64,000 nt of DNA from Yuukianura sp. NJ FZ-2021 (taxonomy: Eukaryota). Positions 1 to 13,111 of this stretch are shown here, in pieces. The notes beneath the pieces were generated by a model. The model was given only the letters and a program-made list of their open reading frames with translations, was not told the origin of the DNA and did no database searches. Each line of letters begins with the position of its first letter. Positions within the stretch are counted from its first letter, which is position 1. The translations under genes and the position numbers were made by a program. The DNA lies in assembly GCA_046563655.1 (NCBI GenBank), contig CM102290.1, positions 12,524,001 through 12,588,000 on the forward strand, read 5' to 3'.

Positions 1-2344
1 CAAGTTGAGCCGAAGTTCTGGACAACGTCCAAAGTCGCGTTCACCTCAACCTCGCCGAGAGGAACCTCGGAAGACTGAAAGTGTTCGAGATAATACCCGG
101 GATGAAGTGAGACGTTCATCAGGATCTTCAGCATCAGCAGCTACTAGCACTCACACGGCAAGGTAACTTCTAGTGGGATTCAAATAATTATGGCTTATTA
201 CTATTATAAATTCCATTCCAATAAGATACATGAATTCGTAATAGGAATCAGATATCATTTACTGCTTCTAATAAAACTTTATTTGAATTATAGGCACAAT
301 GATCGACGCTCATCTAATGACACAGGGAAGCCAAGTCATGCATTGAGAGGCAGATCTCGATCACGAAGTCCAGAGATTAGAAGACGCGATAGAAGCGTTG
401 AGAGGAGGCGGGACGATGTGAGAAGCAGCTATACCTCGGCCGGCTCATCCAAACAAGTTGTTGCAAAGCGAGCAAGATCACCTAGTCCACGAGAAAGAAA
501 TAGGAAAAGATCACCTAGCCCGCGTGAGAAACGTAGACGGTCGCGTACACCCCCTGTTCAAAAGCCCCGTTCGGAACACAAGATGGGATCAGAAACTGTG
601 ACTCACGACAAGGTTCGTCATACTTCGGGTGGCGGAACACGGACAGACAGACACTCTGATTCCAGAGCAGATTCCTCCAAACGGAAACTCGGTACAGTTC
701 CAGCGGACGATGGAAAGTCCAAACGCGGGAAGGAGATTGAACAACGAGATGAAGTGCGGTCTTACACTCCGCCACCACGTCATTCGAGCTCAAAGACTGT
801 CCCTGATGACAGAAAGAGACCAGCACCAGCAGAGGCCAAGAAAGTGGACGAATCAGATGCCAAGAGACGACATACATCAAGTGGAGAACGAGCACGGCGA
901 CCTTCTGGAGAAGACAAGCACACGAAAATGGATATTGTCAAGGCTCAAGATTCCGCCAGCTCAAACCTTTCTTCTAAAACGGAGAAGAAACCTACGGAAT
1001 CCAGACCAACGAAAGAAGCTGACAAAAGAGCCGTTCCTGTTTCCACTCATTCCGATTATGACCGAGACGTTGGCAAAAGTGGTTCTCGGTCTAAAGACAG
1101 AGAAAAGGATAAACCAAAAGTATCTGCTCCGAGTGAACGAGGAAGTGACAAGGACAAGGCGAGTACTGCAGTCATGAAATCCAAGCCAGAGATGCCACCT
1201 CCGCCTGCAGCCAAAAGAATTGCCGTTGTCAAGCCTAAACAAAAGCTCAAAGAAAAAGTGTCGACTGATTCTTCTTCCTCTGAATCATCTGGGAGCGAAT
1301 CCAGTTCATCCGATGAACGTCGGAAGAGACGTAAGAAACGAAAAGCCAAGGCAATGAAGAAGAAGCATTCAAAGAAATCCAAGAAGCACCACCGATCCAA
1401 GAAGTCGAAGAAAGTTAGCAAGAGGAAGAAACGGATGAAGGCAAAGAGTCCCAGTTCAAGTAGTAGCAGTGAAGATAGTTCAAGTAGTTCCGAGTCTTCC
1501 GATGCCTCTGACACTGGTCCACGTAAAGAGATTCCAAAGGACAAGGGTACCAAAGATGCTGCTTCCAATGGAGCAAAGTACTCTAAAACTACTTCGGAAG
1601 CACCTTCAGCCGTTCCAGCAAGTGAGACCAAGAGAGGCGATTCGGCCAAAGTAGAGGCCAAGGGCAAAGATTCATCAGCTGACATGGACTCGGGGAGAAG
1701 TGAGAAAGACAAAGACTTGGACAGGAAGCGGTTTAAGCCGATGTCAATGGAGGAGTTCCAGAAGCAGCAGAAGACTGTTCGTAAAGTCCAAGATCCGGAA
1801 ACTGGCAGAACCCGGTAAGATTCGTTTAATGCTTAAATTACGTTTTTCAAATTAAATATTTTCTTGAGACATAGGTACTCGAAAGGAGAAATTGACGTGG
1901 ACGCCTGTTAAGCAATCAGGAACATTTCAGGAATTTTCCTGAGATATCAGTGTCTCAGGAACTCTGAATATGAACTGATTGTTATAAGAGGCATCCACGG
2001 TCAGAGTTGGCAGCCCAGGCACATCAATATGAGTTCAATCTATTGATGGATAACAGCTGATTCAATGTACTGTCTACATTGACATTGTTTTAGTCAAAAC
2101 AAAGGAACGATTGATCAGTTTGTACTCAACTGGGTTGCCAACTGTTGTCATAGAGTACAACTTCGTCGGCCGGGATTCCATGTCTCCCATAAAGTTTCCT
2201 TTTTGATATAGATTGATCCGTGGGACGGGGGAGATCATCGAAGAGCCAGTTTCCCGATCCCGCCATCAACAAATCAATCGCCAAGCAACTAAAGCAGACG
2301 GAGCTTACTTCCAAGAAGTACTCCAGAAGGGCATGCGTAAGTGA
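1..2344 (+). CDS. ARL6IP4: ARL6IP4 / SR-25 family Arg/Ser/Lys-rich nuclear protein, 5' partial; exons <1-162, 294-1814, 2212-2344
   Basis: Long RS- and K/S-rich low-complexity exon. Splicing 1814 to 2212 (GT-AG, phase 2) gives KPMSMEEFQKQQKTVRKVQDPETGRTRLIRGTGEIIEEPVSRSRHQQINRQATKADGAYFQ, the SR-25 C-terminal signature. Confidence 0.85.
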
Positions 2345-3596
2345 AGTCTCCATTAACTTAAGTTCGCTGTCTCTGGGCAATATGTCCTCTCATTATAAGG
2401 GATCAAGTAAGAAATTGTAAATCCCGCTAAAATCATGCAGATCTTTACCAGTACGTTATATCAAGAGTTACGTAAGTACAGATTCCTTATTCCTTTAACC
2501 CTTTGTTGGTAATGCTAAGCTAAATACAGATTTACTGTTGTTTTTTTTTGGACAGTTTCGTAAATTGTTTAATGAAAGTACATGGTTCATTACATTTGGG
2601 ATTTTAAACGTTATTTGGTCGTTTGTTGTAATATGGCGCATTTCGTGCCTATGGAGGATCAAATTGCAATGGTCTCTACTATTTTTGTAATTGTTGATTA
2701 GTAATTGTGGATTCCGGAAAGCTGATAACTTACTAAATCGTTGTTGCTTACCTAATTTTTTGGTCTTTAGATTGGTTGATTTGGCGGACTTACAATTACA
2801 GCAGAACCTCTCCTATTGCAACTTTTTTTTTGTGGGATACCGTAAAACTAAGTTTTTGGATGGAGCTAAAAATCAATAGTTGAAACACTTTGGGTCGTCC
2901 GATACCGCTGGCTTGTAATCAGGAAACTTACGGTATCGGAGCAAGTTGCCATAAGAGATGTTTTCTGTAGCTTTTAAGAGGCATTTACGTTAATTTAAAA
3001 TAGGTAGGTAAGAAAACGTAAAAATTAGTGTTACGTGGCTATGGTTGAAGCTACTAATCGATTACTAATTGAATAATATACACAATTGCTCTGGTAATTC
3101 TATTGCAACAACCGTCAATACAAAGAAGACAAACTACTAGCTTTTCTTCGTAGGTACTTTTTTAAAAGATTTTTTTTTGAACTTTTATATCTAATGAATG
3201 TGTTAACTAAACTGTTAATTTAGAATGTCTCAAAGCTGACAACGAAATGGCAACTTGCAGTGAAATCACACAAAAGTATGGCATTGGTAAATTGTTGAGC
3301 TATAAAAATCAGTTTCTTTTTTGTTGAAGAGGAGGAAGATGTGATATAAGAATAAATATACAAATTATGTCGTTTTTGTTCTATGCCAAATCACCTTCTG
3401 GAACAATCGATTCGAAAAATCAAAACAAAGATTTAATTGCAAAAGAAGGAATGAGCAATTTGGTTATAACAGAATCTGAGGCTGAGTTATTGATTTACTC
3501 CAGTAGTATTCCACTACTTCATGCACGGAATGCGTGAAGGTTGGTTAGAGTTTGTTTTGTTACTTATAGTTTGGATTAAACTGACTTGAGTTGATG

Positions 3597-5487
3597 TTAA
3601 AAGATTTGAAGAAACTGAGTAGTTGTTCCGTCTCTCCACGAAGTGTCATCAACCACCCGAGCTCGACACATTGGACAGCTCCGTTCACCACGATCCAACC
3701 AGTTGGAAACACAGTCTTCACAGAAGATATGACCACATGACAGTTTGGTAGGACATGTGAAGCCATCATGACAAATTGGACAAAACTGCTCATTCAGTTC
3801 GTCCAGCGAAGGGACAGTACCGTAATGCTGAAATCAAAAACGAAATTGAAACTTTAGAAATTACAAATCATGGATTTACAATTGCAAATTGATGACTTAC
3901 GACTGGTTGAAGGAACTTTTGTAGAGCGAGTTTCCAAGCTACGAGGCGCTGAGACAAGTCGACCGACTTGGAAATGACGTACAATAGGCAAAGGATGAGC
4001 GAAAATATTTTGAATGTCCCATCATAGGCACCAAACAGGTAAATCAACCATGGGTTGATGGGCAGCAAGCAACGGTACATCTGTGACGTAGATTCGATAA
4101 ACATGTAGTGTTTCCCCTAAGATAACCAAAAACAATAATTAAAGTGTAGATACATAAGAGTTATGTAGTCGTAAACATCAGCTTAACAGCGGAGACTGAA
4201 CTTACTCGCTTCTGAAATAGTAACACTTCCTCTGGTAACATGATCATGAGACATTTTAGCATGACCGTCACGAATTTGGCCACAAAGTCGGTAACAAGAA
4301 CTACCCACAAAAGAGACTGGAATGATGACAGTGGGACGTCAGTTGTCAAACATACCAACCTAACCAAAAAAAAAAGCGTAGAAAGTTTTGTCTGAGTCGA
4401 AACATATAGAGTTCAGCTTACGCGGGATACAATCGGTCGGCTTCGAAGATATAATAAAGACAAAAAATGCAAATCAAGAGATTCATCATGACCATGAGGA
4501 GAAGAGGAATGCTCCGTTTGGATTGCTTTGTCACTTCACGTCGAATCAGAGTATTGGCATGACCAAAAGTTACAACCATACCCAGGAATACCGTGATTCC
4601 GCTGATATGGTCCAAGATTCCCTGCAAGAAAATTCATATTTTATAAAATGTCAAAAGACTTCGAGTAAAGGATTACCTTGAACATAAGAATCAACAGGAA
4701 AGGAAAGTATCTCTCAACGAGCACGAGGATTGTGCTTGCTTCGACTGGAATTTGTTCTGTTCCTTCTGAAACGTTGTCATGATGTCGGTCGTTGGTGGGA
4801 ACTGGTGGTGAACCGGTAGGAGGAGCTCTCCATTCATCAACATTGTCCGCAACGTCAATCACAACTGAGCCTGTACTACGACCACTGCTACTGCCAGAAC
4901 TGGAAGGAGGCGGTGGTGGTGGTGGGTACTCTATAAGAAATTGGACGTTTTAATTTGACCTGGATTATACTGTACATCTTAGATTACTTTGTACACTAAC
5001 CAGTCGTTTCGTGATCGTTTCCTGGAGATAAGTTGCCAGCGGATTGTAATCGTCGAGCGATTCGAATGACTCTGGGTGGTTGTGGCTGTGGTAGGATATT
5101 GGCGTTCAGTAGAGGAACTTGTCGAGTTTGCTCGTTGCCGATTGTCATAGAAACATCATTGACAAGCGGACTGTCCGGAGGAGCCATAGCTGCAATTGAA
5201 CCTGGTGAGTTAGAAGTAGACGACGAAGAACTACGTGGAGATGGTGATTCCGACGAAAGCGGGCGTTGGATATTCCTAATCCAGTCGTTTAGCATTGACA
5301 GCGGGAGTGGTACCCCTCCAGCGTCAGGGTTAGAAAGCCAATTCGGATTCAAGCGGAAGTCCAAATCAAATCGCCATTCGCGATCACGACGATCCGTGTT
5401 AGTACCGTCCGCCTGAGTGGATGCCGAATTGCTAGAAGTTGATGGATTTATGGGCTGAGTTGGTGGCTGCTGGGATGAACTTGACAT
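3597..5487 (-). CDS. RNFT: RING finger and transmembrane domain protein (RNFT1/RNFT2 family E3 ligase); about 6 coding exons
   Basis: S/P-rich N-terminus, several hydrophobic exons (YFPFLLILMFK, LWVVLVTDFVAKFVTVMLKCL, SQMYRCLLPINPWLIYL). The last exon (3827-3597) encodes C3HC4 RING CPICHDGFTCPTKLSCGHIFCEDCVSNWLDRGERSCPMCR followed by WRDGTTTQFLQIF*, typical of RNFT. Confidence 0.88.
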
Positions 5488-6213
5488 TCTCAGGTAACTA
5501 ACTATATCTTGACGATACTCAGCCTAGCGTTCTCTATGAAATTTTGTGTTCACTAGTAAAATAGTCTTCAGCACGTCGTACACGTGCGTCTCCAGAAGAC
5601 TAAAAAAGAACAACAATCATTAGATTTGGAAACATGTAACGTTAAAGTGATATTATTAGCCAAAGGTGACGGCCAGAGGATATTAATCAGTGGTTAATAA
5701 CCACTACTCCAGTTGTCTTACACGTTTCGTCGATTACTCCTTGTTAGTTAACTGTATTTGGTAAAAATTTTCCCACCGCTCGTCGGTAAGGTGATTTCTA
5801 GCACTGACCAGTTAGAAATCAAAGTTGTCCAGTTGACAAGCTTAGCGTTACTGCATTACGGTCGGGTCAAACTCAAACAAGCTCTTGCATCGAATAATAA
5901 CCTGCAATACGGATCGGTTTATTATTGCTTAGTTCCGCCAACTAAACAAAGGTTACCATCAATAGATAAGTAAAGTAGGACGGATTCTCACGTGACTGCT
6001 GACTGATTGGTATAACACGTACTCGATTGAACCGAACGTCACCGTCACCACATTACTTCGGAAAGGGTCGATACTAGGGAGATGATACGAACGATGATGA
6101 CGAAAAGGAAGGACAAAACGGTGTCCTTGCCCTCTAATAAGTAAAGTGCTATGACTAAAGCAAAGTCCAAAAATTGGATCACATCGCGTGATTTCTGAAT
6201 CTGCTTATCAACA

Positions 6214-6484
6214 GGGTCTGGCTAAAGGTCGGATATCGGACTCCTCAGATTTGTATGAGGGGTGCATATGTCATCTTGAATTTCTCGGGTTGTCTAGAAC
6301 GGATTCTGCGGATTTTTAAAAAATCGGTCGCGCAAACGTTAACATCCATCAATTTGAAGTTGTAATTCAATGTTAAGTTAAGGTTTTTAAAATCCTAACG
6401 TGTTCCCTATCAGACTCCACGGATTGACAGTGTGCACCCCCCATGAATTCCGAGGAGTCCGAGAGCCCACCTTTAGTCAGACCC
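6214..6484. mobile_element. MITE with ~60-bp imperfect TIRs and GGG termini (PIF/Harbinger-like)
   Basis: Left gggtctggctaaaggtcggatatcggactcctcagatttgtatgaggggtgca matches the reverse complement of the right end (gggtctgactaaaggtgggctctcggactcctcggaattcatggggggtgca). TSD not clean (aca/aaa). Partial copies at 46045 and 50967. Confidence 0.75.
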
Positions 6485-6936
6485 AAATAAACAAGATAAA
6501 AAAAAATCAACCAAAACAACATAATGCTGGTTGGGGCAAAGAGAGACGCAAAAATTGGTTTGGCGCGTAAATGTGTCAAAATACCAAATTCAAAGCACAA
6601 AAATATTTTGCCGTCGTGCCGTTTTAATTTAGATTTTGACGGAACAATCTGATGACTGACTGACGCTTCACGCTGGCTTGTGCTATCATTTTCGCTAGGT
6701 TAGTACGTACAACGTCAGAATTTGAAGCGTTTTCTTGCATTTAACGTTTTTCATTTGATAACATTTTGTACTCCAGTGTCCAGTATAAATGTTATCTCAC
6801 AATTAACGTAGCTAAGAAAACAAAGACATCTTCAAATCTACCGTTGCTACACTGACGACCCTAACGTTTCTCACACAAGGTGACAGAAACGGACGACATC
6901 GCAGTGCAACATTATTCAACCAGACAGACAAGCAAC

Positions 6937-8300
6937 ATGCAGAAGAACATACAACTTGTGATCGGCTTGAAAGGAAGTGGAAAGGTATTAAATTTCAATT
7001 AATCGTGAATTATTAATCATACCTAGTACGTATTTGAGCAACCTCGCATTTTCTTTTCAAATAGTGTAAGATTTATCGTGAAGTTAGTAATGTCGTTTCT
7101 TTTTTTCACACCTTGAATCCGCAGAGTACCTACTGTGATGCCTTATCGAAGCAAGGTGTATCTCCCGCACGCAAGTCATTGCAAGTCGTATCGTTGGATC
7201 CCACAGCAGAAGCGTTTCCGTACACGGACAGACTCAGCGGTGACATACGAACCATTATCACCGCTGAACAATTTGAAGAGGCTGAGAAAAATACAAAAGA
7301 CTATGCGTATGGAGCAGGAATAGACTTTGTGCTAAAGTATGTTTATTCAGTTGTTTATATTCGACAAAGTTCCGCGTCATCTCGTTTGCAAAATCCTATT
7401 GTGAACTAAAAGCCAAATCTCCCCATTATACGACCATTCCCTTCACTTTTCTACTCAAGTAATAATCATACGAGATTGAGTCTTCGGAACTTCGTTGACA
7501 TTTGAACGGATAGATCCAAATGGACATGAACTTAACACTGTCTGGTTTGGTTTGCCGTTGTTACCTACAGGTACCTTATTGCTAATCCGCAGTGGCTCCT
7601 CAATGCTATTGGAGGAACTGGAGGAGAGAGTGAAGAGAGCTGTCGATTTTATTTGTTTGACTTCCCGGGACATCGGACGATGTATACTCATCTCATCAGT
7701 ATGATGAACTTTGTGGATTTTCTGAAAGAAAAGGGCCTTCGAGTTTCCGTCGTAAGTTGATTTGCATCAATTATTCGTTTGGTTTCTAGTACAGTTAAAT
7801 TGTTCTAACTGTGGTTTACAGACAATGACACAAGATGCTCGCAGGGTTACTGATGGTTATAGTTTCATCGCCTGTTCCTACACACCGCTCATTTCTTACA
7901 CAAATCTTTCCTGTGCCCATATCAACATAATGATGAAGGCGGACCTAATGACAGAAGAGGATCGTTCAAGACTGCTGCTTTTTATTAGCTCAGACATAAA
8001 AGATGTTCTACGATACGAGAACAACAAACGGTAAGCAATGCGAAAATACCTTAATTACTCAAAGAATTCACCTGCTAATTTAAGTCATCTTATTATGTTT
8101 TTGAATTCTATGTTTTCAGTGGAGGAGCAGATACAAGGTTAGCTCGGCTATCGAAGACGGCAACATTCATGCTGGACGGTTACAACAGTGTGCAGCGGAA
8201 GTTCATTGTTTTGGACATCAGGGACGAACAAGAAGTTCAAGGGTATTTTGCAGTTTTAGAGGATATTCTGGGGAGCGGGACTCCCGACGACGACGAATAA
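6937..8300 (+). CDS. Divergent GPN-loop GTPase, GPN3-like, ~276 aa; exons 6937-6984, 7125-7336, 7571-7751, 7822-8030, 8120-8300
   Basis: Spliced product QLVIGLKGSGKSTYC...VVSLDPTAEAFPY...DIR...YLFDFPGHRTMYTHL...HINIMMKADL is colinear with GPN3 (QLVMGPAGSGKSTYC, VNLDPAAE, ILFDCPGQIELYTHL, VNIMTKMDL). All introns are GT-AG and the frame is intact. Confidence 0.8.
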
Positions 8301-8320
8301 TATTAACTTATTGCCCCCAT

Positions 8321-9151
8321 CCGGCACCAAAACCTAAACACTGTTACCGGATAGGGCGTGATTCGGAATAAGTCAGCGTCAGGGCCAGGAGTACTGTGCA
8401 GGCTTGCTTTTGAAATGGACCACGATGACGCTAAAACCTAAGCGTCGTGAAAAACATAAATAGCGCCAAAGGCGCTAAATCGCTCCAAAGAGTGTCCGGG
8501 AGCCGATTTAAGTACTGCCCGAAAAACGGGCTAACGTTTAGAGCTTTTGGGGCTGAAATCGGTTCCAACTTTTTGGGGCTGGATTCAGTTCCAATTTTTT
8601 GGGGCTGGATTCGGTTCCAACTGAGCTTGGGGACGAATTGCCGACACAACACGGTTTGCATAGTGCAAACCGTAAGGCAGACAAACGCTGTAGCCAAATA
8701 TCGACTAACATCAGGATTTGATGTTACAGACGGAGCGTTTACGTTTAACGCTGTTTGCCTCTCAATTTTTTTACTCTCCCTCCCCTGGGTTTCTTGAAAA
8801 CGAAACCCAGCCTAAACCCCTGAACTAATCCCAAAACTTATCCCCTAACTATCCAATATTTAGGAATTTTGCAGTTAGGTTACCACACTGGAAGCGCGCG
8901 GTGGCTTACCCGCTAAACCCGGTTTTTGGAAAGGAAAGGCTTCAGCGTAGAAGTTATAAAGCTGCCCAGAAATGATGTACAAAATCTGGCGGCTTGATAC
9001 TGCTCGAGCCCAATTAGCAAACCCAGCAGATTTTCATGTGTTTTGAGCATTGCAAAGAATCGGAATTTTGCTGTTTCGGATGATTAGTAGGGAGGTAACT
9101 GTAGGATTTTGTTGTACACTTACCTCCCGAAATAGGTTTTTGGTGCCAGGG
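8321..9151. mobile_element. Putative non-autonomous DNA transposon with short imperfect TIRs and internal short repeats
   Basis: Left at|ccggcaccaaaaccta versus right taggtttttggtgccaggg|at (imperfect ~18-bp inverted repeat, AT on both flanks). Internal repeated ttttggggctg(g/a)a(t/a)tc(g/a)gttccaa units at ~8545-8620. Confidence 0.5.
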
Positions 9152-10184
9152 ATGCGGATGTGAACGCTGGGCCACTGAGCGTGATGACTGCTAGGAAGAG
9201 TGGTAAGAAAAAGTTAAATAAGAGTTAATAAACACTCGTTAACTAAAACTAAAGACTTTCGGCGTTATTGCTTCGGTCAAGTTAACCGGACTTAAAGTTA
9301 GGTTACCTTAGCCAAGACCCCTAAAATCAAAACTGTAACAAATATGAATTAAAAAAAATCTTTTTTATTAAATTCTTTGAAAGTGGCCAAATTCTTTAAT
9401 TCAATTAAAAATACGAACGTCGTGTTAATTTTGGCTTTAGTTCACTTACAGCGTCTTTCATCCCCCTTCCACCCCCTTCCCTATTCAAATCTAACCGCAT
9501 CATAGACAACGCTTTTGTAGCTGTCAAAGTTACTAAAGCGTCACTCTAGTACAATTCATAGCTATTACCAACTATTGACGTGGAATTTGAAGTGGCTGGA
9601 GCTGGATTCAGCCGAATTCAAAGACTTCAATATTTGATGAAGCGCTGTCCCACTTCTGTCACATGCCTTCATTTTTCCATTTCAGCGTTCCGCATGGAAC
9701 GAAATGTCAAAACAAAAAATGGAATGTGAAAAGTCCTGAAGTGTTCAGAAATTCAGCTGAGACAGAGCTTGGCCGAATTCTTGATAACCACAAGAGGCTC
9801 CACCAGAAGAGGGTGGGTTGGTATGGTATATCTGTCATTTTCAAATGTAAATACATTGGAGTTCTCTAGAAACCCGAATCAAGAAAGTTGTGTCTTGTGT
9901 GTTGAAGTGGGCCCCAAATTCAGTCGGCTACTCCATCGAACCGTGAGAGGAACAATTGATTGGAACTCATTTCCAAAGGTACGTCACGGTTTAATTCATT
10001 ATTCATCAGCACAAGTATCATATTATCCAGTTCCAAACGGACATAAAGACATGCCACATCATCATCTTTATTGAAACGGTTTATCTTATTCCAGAGACAA
10101 GTCGGTTCGGACGGCTCCAGTGCAAAGATTAAGCTCAAGTTCCATTCCAGGATCATTACCTCTGTTGCCTTATCGTGTCAACAA

Positions 10185-11035
10185 ATGGCTGTGTACTGCC
10201 AGTGGTTGGACGGATCCATGCTGTTCATTGTCCTCGTCATTCTGTCCATATTCAACATCCATGTAATCGGAGCAATCAACTGCAAGGGCTGTACACCGCT
10301 GGACACTTACTCGTTTGACAAGGTCAACCTCTATTTTGATATTCAAATACTTAAAACTAACCATTTTCGATTCTACTTTGTGAACTGTGAACTTTTGCTG
10401 TCCAGGTCATTCCGAAATTCCGAGCTGTCTTGGTAAAGTTTGACGTGGCGTATCCATATGGGGAGAAGCATGATGAGTTCTCCAAGGTTGCGGAGTTGAC
10501 ACGCGGAGTTCAGGACTTGTTAGTGGCAGAGGTCAACGTCAAGGACTATGGAGAGAAGGACAATGCCGATTTGGCCGAGAAGTACGACGTCAAAGTCCGG
10601 GACTTTCCGGTTCTGAAGTTGTTTCGAAAAGGGATCAAGGAGGTCATGACCTACAAGGGAGAATTCAAAGCCGACGAAATTACGGCCTTCATTCGGAGCA
10701 GCACGGGCGTGTACGTTGGACTCCCTGGATGTATTGAGCAGTTTGACACTCTTGCTGCCGAATTCATCAAGACCAAGGACAAGGCTCGACGGGAGGAACT
10801 GATGGCTCAAGGTCGTGATCTTCTGGCCAAGGGACTCGACACACCTAAAAGTACAGAATACGCCGAGATTTACTTGAAACTGATGGAGAAGGTCATGGAC
10901 AAGGGGGATGAATTTGTCAACGGTGAAATTTCACGAGTGGAGAGTCTGCGTAAGACGAAAGTTTCCGTGGAAAAGCGGGAAAGTCTCCAGAAGCGATTGA
11001 ATATCCTCCAGTCCTTTACCCACGATGAGCTTTAA
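10185..11035 (+). CDS. ERP29: ERp29 / windbeutel ER chaperone (PDI-D family); exons 10185-10322, 10406-11035
   Basis: Signal peptide, CKGCTPLDTYSFDK|VIPKFRAVLVKFDVAYPYGEKHDEF, helical D domain, C-terminal HDEL retention signal. The CxxC is as in insect windbeutel. Confidence 0.93.
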
Positions 11036-13111
11036 AGAGATCAAACATGCAACTATTTGGTGTCGGTCTTTTGTTGTGTTGAAATCAGTGATCAAGATGA
11101 GGGCAGAACAAGAAATTATGCAATTGTGAATCTGTGATTGTTCCTATTTAGTAGTTCTTAGTATTTATTTCGTTTCTAAAATTATACACATCATCGTTTA
11201 CTTATTTAGTAAAAGGTTAACACGTTCTGGGGTTAATTGCGATTTTAATTTAGTATTCAAAGCTCTCTTTGTAATCGAAGCCATAAAGAGGGCTTTGATC
11301 CCTGGTTTGAATGGAACTTCATTGAATTTATTTTTATGATGTGCTTGGATGGATTTTCTTAAGACGGAATTGAAAGGAATACTCAATACTGGGAAGTAGT
11401 ATTCAGCGCATATTGAATAGTTGGCATTTAGGAGGGTCAATCCAGTCATCGCTTCCGTGTAGGCTGCCCTTCTCGGAGCAGAGACAATGGCCTGCATGAC
11501 GTCACGCCGGAAGAGACTTCATGCTTCACGGAACTTACCCTTTACCGTAAGTCTCCAACAGTGTGCACTTCCTTCCGCTCGTGTTCCCATGATTGCCGTT
11601 ACCAAATTTAATGAAAACGAAGACCTACCCACCATCTTAACATTTTTCAAGTATTTAATCTCTCAAATGTTTTTATACATGTGTAGACTCTTTGCTTTCA
11701 TATAAGAGTGGTACCCTCGTATCCATGTAATTTCCCCGCTGTAGTTTGTAGTTTGCAATTAATTAAGTAAGTATGAAACATAACCAGCCAGACGAGAAGC
11801 ACGGCAAAGGTTCTCTAAATTAATTAGCTCTACAGGAGAGTTGCTTCTACAACTTTGTTTCTATAATGTGTTACGGGATGGGGTTTCAGAAGTAATTTTT
11901 AGAAACTTTTCCCTTAGAAGAAATTCATTTGAACCATTGGCATGCAAGCAGCACGTCCTTAAAAACGCATCAATTGAAAGGAATTAATATCGCTATGCGA
12001 GCTTTCGTTTTCCGGTTTTTATAACGCAATATGACAGTTACAACTCAACGACAACTTGAACTCTTAACGGTATTCGCTAACCAAACGAAAGTTTAGCATG
12101 GTTTTAAAATTGGTTCAAGCGGCTTTCTCAGTAATTGATGTGATGTACTCCACTCTGCAATTAATATTGAAGTGGCATTCCATACAAGTAGCATCTGATC
12201 TGATGACGTTTGATGTTTAAAATGCCGGAAACGGCAACTTAACGAGAGCTACAATTGGAAACTCTACGGTATTCACATCTTTTTACAGCTAGAGTGCACT
12301 ATTTTTCTGAGTGGTTTCTCACACACTGCGGCTGCGACTCCTTCTACGGCCCTTCTTGCTGCTCTCATCTTTCGACTACTTCGCTACTCTGGGAGACAGT
12401 CCAACTGAACTCTGGCTCTGGACACAAAGAAACAATTATCTCCTGTCATTCGTCATCCCCAGGACATACAGTATTACCAGTGACTCAATCAGCGTCAACA
12501 CTCAATCGGTCAAAGGTCATCATCTTCCAATTCAAGGCAGCACACCAACCAATTATCAAAAATATACTCAAAGATACTCAACTCTGCTCTCGTCTCTCAG
12601 CATTCATCTCAATTCTCAAGTCAATCAACAAATTGAGCATTCATTAGGAGAAGCAGCGCTATTTACACTAGAACACTAGAAGATTATTGGCCTTCGACTT
12701 ACTCATGTAAAACAGTAACAGCTTTTGGAAGATACTGTTCTCGAGTTCAGTCAAGCTTCAACTCCCAGCGAATCAACGCAAACGACTGTCGTATTACGTT
12801 AAGTGTTGCAATAATAAGTTCGGTGGCAAGGGTCAAAGAAGAGCAAGATTGTGATTAATCAGGTGAAGATCTTCAACTAAATACGGATTTTTAATAATAC
12901 GTTTTACTTACGTATTTTACTGATTTCAGACTGAATTGAAGCAATGAGACATGGAATGGTTACCATGGGATTGGTTACCATTGTTCCAGTTTACTCGTCA
13001 GGGGTTGCTGGGCAGTGATTCTCCTGATTCTAGTCAAACCTTCTAGTCAACAGCACTGAAAAAGATGGATGAAGGCTGAGTTTATGCATGACATAGCCCG
13101 TGTGCCTGGCA

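Noticed and set aside
190..293. N-terminus MAYYYYKF... of the 542-aa ORF
   Set aside because: Lies in an AT-rich GT-AG intron (163-293); the real frame continues from the upstream exon.
1056..1712. 218-aa antisense ORF (and similar shadow ORFs over the GPCR, ALDH7A1 and the orphan gene)
   Set aside because: Antisense or alternate-frame shadows of real low-complexity exons.
8420..8460. Possible SECIS hairpin after the GPN-like gene
   Set aside because: ATGA/AA/GA spacing does not fit and the upstream CDS has no in-frame TGA.
11198..12679. ORFs between ERp29 and the GPCR
   Set aside because: No recognisable motifs or consistent splice structure; part is probably GPCR 5' UTR.
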